Assembly (NCBI GenBank): GCA_037381445.1 | Contig: JARRQT010000096.1 | Span: 1-11,481 of the forward strand | Source of the DNA: Calditrichia bacterium | Lineage (GTDB): Bacteria > Calditrichota > Calditrichia > RBG-13-44-9 | Length of the DNA: 11,481 bases | Reading direction: 5' to 3' | Shown here: positions 7,960 to 11,481 of the stretch, piece by piece | How the letters are laid out: the number at the start of each line of letters is the position of its first letter | Position numbering within the stretch: the first letter of the stretch is position 1 | Made by a program: the position numbers and the translations under genes | Notes under the pieces: model-generated | What the model was told of the DNA's origin: nothing | The model's input: the letters and a program-made list of their open reading frames with translations, nothing else | Databases searched by the model: none

Positions 7960-9318
7960 TCAGATTTCAATAGTTTGTTTATTATATATTTTCTCAATAA
8001 AGTTTGTATCAAAATTCCCTTCCTGGAATTCAGGCGTTTCTATGACATATTGATGAAAGGGAATGGTTGTCTTGATGCCTTCCACTACAAATTCATCGAG
8101 GGAGCGGCGCAGCCGGCTGATGGCTTCTTTTCGGTCGCGGCCGTGAACAATGAGTTTGGCAATCAATGAATCATAATAGGGCGGGATGCTGTAAGAGGCA
8201 TACATATGACTGTCGATGCGGGTGCCCGGTCCGCCCGGCTGGTATAAGGAAGTCACCGCCCCGGGCGACGGAATAAAATTATTGGACGGGTCCTCGGCAT
8301 TTATCCGGCACTCGATGGCATGCCCGAGCGGCTTAATATTCGACTGCTTGAACTTAAGTTTTTCCCCGTTGGCAACCCTGATCTGTTCTTTAATGAGGTC
8401 TACATTATACACCATCTCCGTGACCGGATGCTCGACCTGAATACGGGTGTTCATTTCCATAAAATAGTAATTGAGATCTTTGTCGACCAGAAATTCAATG
8501 GTACCGGTGCTGTAATATCCTACGTGAAGCGCGCCCTTCGCAGCCCTCTCCCCCATCTCTTTGCGCATTTGGTCATTGATGATCGGAGAAGGCGATTCCT
8601 CAAGCAACTTCTGGTGGCGGCGCTGAATGGAGCATTCACGTTCGCCAAAATAAAACATGTTGCCGTGCTGATCTCCCAGCAACTGTATCTCAATGTGCCT
8701 CGGCGATTCGATATATTTTTCAATATAAAGCCCTGCGTTTCCGAAAGCGGCCTCGGCTTCTGCTCTGGCCATCATGAAATTGCTCTCCAGATTTTCCTCA
8801 GCGCGCACGATGCGCATGCCTTTGCCCCCGCCGCCGGCCACCGCTTTCAGCATAACCGGGTATCCCATTTCATTGGCTATCTGCCGTGCGGCTGCTTCAT
8901 TGGCAACCACGCCTTCACTGCCGGGAACCACCGGCACACCGGCAGCCTTCATTGCCTTCTTAGCCTCGGCTTTATCGCCCATTTTGCGAATCACATCCGG
9001 AGATGGCCCGATGAATACCAGATCGCTGGAATTGCACATCTCGGCAAACTCGGCGTTCTCAGCCAGAAAACCATATCCGGGGTGGATGGCGTCGGCCCCG
9101 GTAATCTCGGCGGCCGATATAATGCGGGTAATGTTTAAATAGCTTTGATGACTCTGGGGAGGTCCAATGCAAACCGCCTCGTCGGCGAAAACCGCATGCA
9201 GCGCATTTTCATCCGTGGTCGAATAGACCGCAACGGTTTTTATGCCCAGTTCTTTGCAGGCCCGGATAACCCGGATTGCAATCTCTCCCCTGTTGGCAAT
9301 CAATACCTTGTTGAACAA
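7960..9318 (-). CDS. accC: Acetyl-CoA carboxylase, biotin carboxylase subunit
   Basis: 452 aa, TTG start. [67 protein letters not shown]. Confidence 0.96.
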   Translation of the reverse strand: MFNKVLIANRGEIAIRVIRACKELGIKTVAVYSTTDENALHAVFADEAVCIGPPQSHQSYLNITRIISAAEITGADAIHPGYGFLAENAEFAEMCNSSDLVFIGPSPDVIRKMGDKAEAKKAMKAAGVPVVPGSEGVVANEAAARQIANEMGYPVMLKAVAGGGGKGMRIVRAEENLESNFMMARAEAEAAFGNAGLYIEKYIESPRHIEIQLLGDQHGNMFYFGERECSIQRRHQKLLEESPSPIINDQMRKEMGERAAKGALHVGYYSTGTIEFLVDKDLNYYFMEMNTRIQVEHPVTEMVYNVDLIKEQIRVANGEKLKFKQSNIKPLGHAIECRINAEDPSNNFIPSPGAVTSLYQPGGPGTRIDSHMYASYSIPPYYDSLIAKLIVHGRDRKEAISRLRRSLDEFVVEGIKTTIPFHQYVIETPEFQEGNFDTNFIEKIYNKQTIEI

Positions 9319-9347
9319 GCGAAATTTCCTCTCTAAAGTATAAGGTT

Positions 9348-9836
9348 CTAATTTTTTTCAATGAGAAACAGCACATGATCGTATTCGACCGGCTGGGCAT
9401 TCTCAACCATAATTTTGACGATTTTGCCGCTGACTTCCGATTGAATTTCGTTCATCAGCTTCATGGCTTCAATAATGCACAGCGTCTGGCCTACCTTTAT
9501 GGTGTCGCCCACCTGCACATAAGGATCGGCATCCGGGGCCGGCGAGCGGTAAAAAGTGCCCACCATGGGGGATTTGACCTCCACGGTATTCTCCTTCAAT
9601 TGCGGTTCGGTGGCCTCCACAGCCGGTGCAGGCTGTCCCGGGACCATTGAAGGCTGGGGCGGCTGCATCACAATCTGTGGCGTTCCCCCCGTATTATCAC
9701 CGGCATTCACTGGAGGCTGATCATAGTTGCGGTTTTTCGTGATTCTTACCTTGCTGCCCTCCTCAACAATCTCAATCTCCCCGATATCGCTTTTTTCGAC
9801 GACTTTAATGAGCTGTTTAATCTCCTGGAAATTCAT
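9348..9836 (-). CDS. accB: Acetyl-CoA carboxylase biotin carboxyl carrier protein
   Basis: Pro/Ala-rich linker, [12 protein letters not shown], biotinylation motif [18 protein letters not shown] at 9845-9841. Confidence 0.97.
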   Translation of the reverse strand: MNFQEIKQLIKVVEKSDIGEIEIVEEGSKVRITKNRNYDQPPVNAGDNTGGTPQIVMQPPQPSMVPGQPAPAVEATEPQLKENTVEVKSPMVGTFYRSPAPDADPYVQVGDTIKVGQTLCIIEAMKLMNEIQSEVSGKIVKIMVENAQPVEYDHVLFLIEKN

Positions 9837-9872
9837 CCATCCTCCAGTCTTTTATCTTTTATAAGTTTTGTG

Positions 9873-9901
9873 AATTTAAACGGTTCGGCAATTTTTTGCA
9901 A
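9873..9901 (-). promoter_or_regulatory. Putative sigma70-type promoter upstream of accB
   Basis: TTGCAA (9901-9896), 17-nt spacer, TAAATT (9878-9873) in the 81-bp AT-rich nadD-accB gap. Confidence 0.55.
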
Positions 9902-9917
9902 GGTTTATTTTCCGGCC

Positions 9918-10505
9918 CTATCTATACAATTGTTTCTCTTGAATATATTTGAATACCGAATCAGCGATAATGTAGCGCACGGAAAGCCCTTCCCTGATCC
10001 GTTTACGTACAAATGTGGATGAAATCTCCAGCAGCGGCACATGGACGAAGCGAATGTAGGGAAGAAATTCTTTCGCTTTTTCATGGGGTGTGAATCCCGG
10101 CCTGCCAAAAGCAACCACTTTGCTCTTTGTCAGGATTTGTTTGGGCTCTTTCCACTGATGGAGTTCGTTGACATTGTCCATACCGATGAAAAAATAAAAC
10201 TCAGGAGAGAGATGCCGGTAATTTTCATGAAGCGCATCGATCGTATCGATGGTATAGGAAATGCCTTCCCGGCGCAATTCCAGATCATCGATGCGGAAGT
10301 GCTGATCACCATCGATTGCCAGCTTTAACATGTTCAGGCGGTCTTCGGCAGAGGTAATGTCGGTGTTGTTTTTCAGCGGATGTATCCTGGCGGGGATAAA
10401 CCAGATCTCTTCCAGATCCAGTTCGACCCGCAGATACTCCGCAATAATCAGATGTCCATTGTGGATCGGGTCAAATGTGCCGCCGAATAGACCGATTTTT
10501 TTCAT
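9918..10505 (-). CDS. nadD: Nicotinate-nucleotide adenylyltransferase
   Basis: GLFGGTFDPIHNGH (HxGH motif), SYTIDT, FFIGMD, WKEP, EISSTFVR, YIQEKQLY. Confidence 0.96.
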   Translation of the reverse strand: MKKIGLFGGTFDPIHNGHLIIAEYLRVELDLEEIWFIPARIHPLKNNTDITSAEDRLNMLKLAIDGDQHFRIDDLELRREGISYTIDTIDALHENYRHLSPEFYFFIGMDNVNELHQWKEPKQILTKSKVVAFGRPGFTPHEKAKEFLPYIRFVHVPLLEISSTFVRKRIREGLSVRYIIADSVFKYIQEKQLYR

Positions 10506-10519
10506 ATTCCGGGACCAAA

Positions 10520-11305
10520 TTATCTCTGCGTGACATCCAACTTGCTTAACTTCTCCTGAATTTCCGTGATATTCGATTTTGCCCTGTCCGCGTATTTGCT
10601 GTTGGGATACTTTTCCAGGAAGGCGCTGAAATTGGAAATGGCTTCATCGTATTTATTCAGTTTGTACTGGCAGGCGGCTTTCCAGAACATGGCATTTTCG
10701 GCAACCGGCGTATCATAATATGTATCCAGAATGATATCATAATAGATGATCGCTGAGTCGTAAATTCCCATTTTGCGGTAGACATCTCCCCCCAGCAACT
10801 GCTTCCTGGCCAGTTTCGCGCGAAGCCGGGCAATGGCCTTCTCGGCCTCGGGCCGGAATTTACCATCGGGATAGGCTTCCACAAAGTTCTGAAGCTGGCG
10901 CAGCGCCTTGGTGGTATATTCCTGATCCAGGGCGGGACGCTGGGAGAGTTCCGAATAGCTCAGTCCCATTTTGTAGAAGGCCTCTTCCACATAAGGGCTT
11001 TCAGGGTAATCATCCACCAGTTTCTGATATTCCGCCACCGCGATCAGATATTCATCGTTTTTATAATGGGATTCCGCCAGGTAAAACTGGGCATCGTCCA
11101 CTATCGGGCTGCCACTGAATTTCAGAACCACCACGTTGAATTCAGTGATTGCCTGCAGGTATTTGCCCTTATCGAACAGTTTTTTGGCATACTCGAAATA
11201 GGTTTGAGCATCCATTTCTTTTTTATTTACCTTGGGGCTACAGCTTATTAATCCGATGCTTAAAATGAGGAATAATACTGTAACAGATAAAACTTTGTTC
11301 TTCAT
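10520..11305 (-). CDS. bamD: Outer membrane protein assembly factor BamD (YfiO-family TPR lipoprotein)
   Basis: Lipobox LISC22. TPR helices (AQFYLAESHY, YPESPYVEEAFY). DQEYTTKA...FVEAYPDGKF and KLARKQL...YRKMG.Y.SAIIYY are typical of BamD. SD AAGGAG upstream. Confidence 0.85.
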   Translation of the reverse strand: MKNKVLSVTVLFLILSIGLISCSPKVNKKEMDAQTYFEYAKKLFDKGKYLQAITEFNVVVLKFSGSPIVDDAQFYLAESHYKNDEYLIAVAEYQKLVDDYPESPYVEEAFYKMGLSYSELSQRPALDQEYTTKALRQLQNFVEAYPDGKFRPEAEKAIARLRAKLARKQLLGGDVYRKMGIYDSAIIYYDIILDTYYDTPVAENAMFWKAACQYKLNKYDEAISNFSAFLEKYPNSKYADRAKSNITEIQEKLSKLDVTQR

Positions 11306-11481
11306 TATGAACCACTCCTTAAAGTATAAAACAAATAAACCACCCCGGCGGTTGTCACCGTAACCAGGACAGGTTCAAATATCCGTTTCATTAATTTTGA
11401 TTCTGCTTTCGATCCCTCAGTAAAAGGGTATCCATCATTTTCCAGTTTCTTCATTTCAGATTTCGAAATAACATCCTGATA
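11305..11481 (-). CDS. C-terminal fragment of a hypothetical protein ending in a single hydrophobic helix (partial)
   Basis: Not in the ORF track. The frame is open from the window edge: YQDVISKSEMKKLENDGYPFTEGSKAESKLMKRIFEPVLVTVTTAGVVYLFYTLRSGS*. Its TAA overlaps the bamD ATG (TAATG). Confidence 0.75.
   Translation of the reverse strand, partial: YQDVISKSEMKKLENDGYPFTEGSKAESKLMKRIFEPVLVTVTTAGVVYLFYTLRSGS

Noticed and set aside
8320..9138. Long plus-strand ORFs (8320-9138, 5429-6163, 4434-5039, 7564-8169, 1207-1722)
   Set aside because: They are antisense shadows of well-supported minus-strand genes and show no recognisable protein motifs.

Overview
Bacterial chromosomal window in which every credible gene lies on the minus strand. 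In transcription order: C-terminal end of an unknown tail-anchored protein (partial), bamD, nadD, a sigma70-like internal promoter, accB, accC, gcvH, gcvPA, a REC + degenerate-GGDEF response regulator, gcvPB, a REC-DUF4388 response regulator, a 258-bp intergenic region with repeated TTTCCGG motifs, a secreted 5-repeat beta-propeller + transglutaminase-like protein, and a saccharopine/lysine-6-dehydrogenase family gene. The two partial genes at the window edges are missing from the ORF track and were translated by hand. The most unusual feature is that two orphan response regulators are interleaved, with 17-26 bp spacers, in the glycine cleavage operon. One of them splits gcvPA from gcvPB and looks like a catalytically dead c-di-GMP receptor (GGDEF replaced by DNNRF, RxxD I-site intact). 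I found no mobile element, CRISPR array or RNA gene. The gene content suggests a diderm organism, possibly Calditrichota or an FCB-group relative; this taxonomy is inference only.
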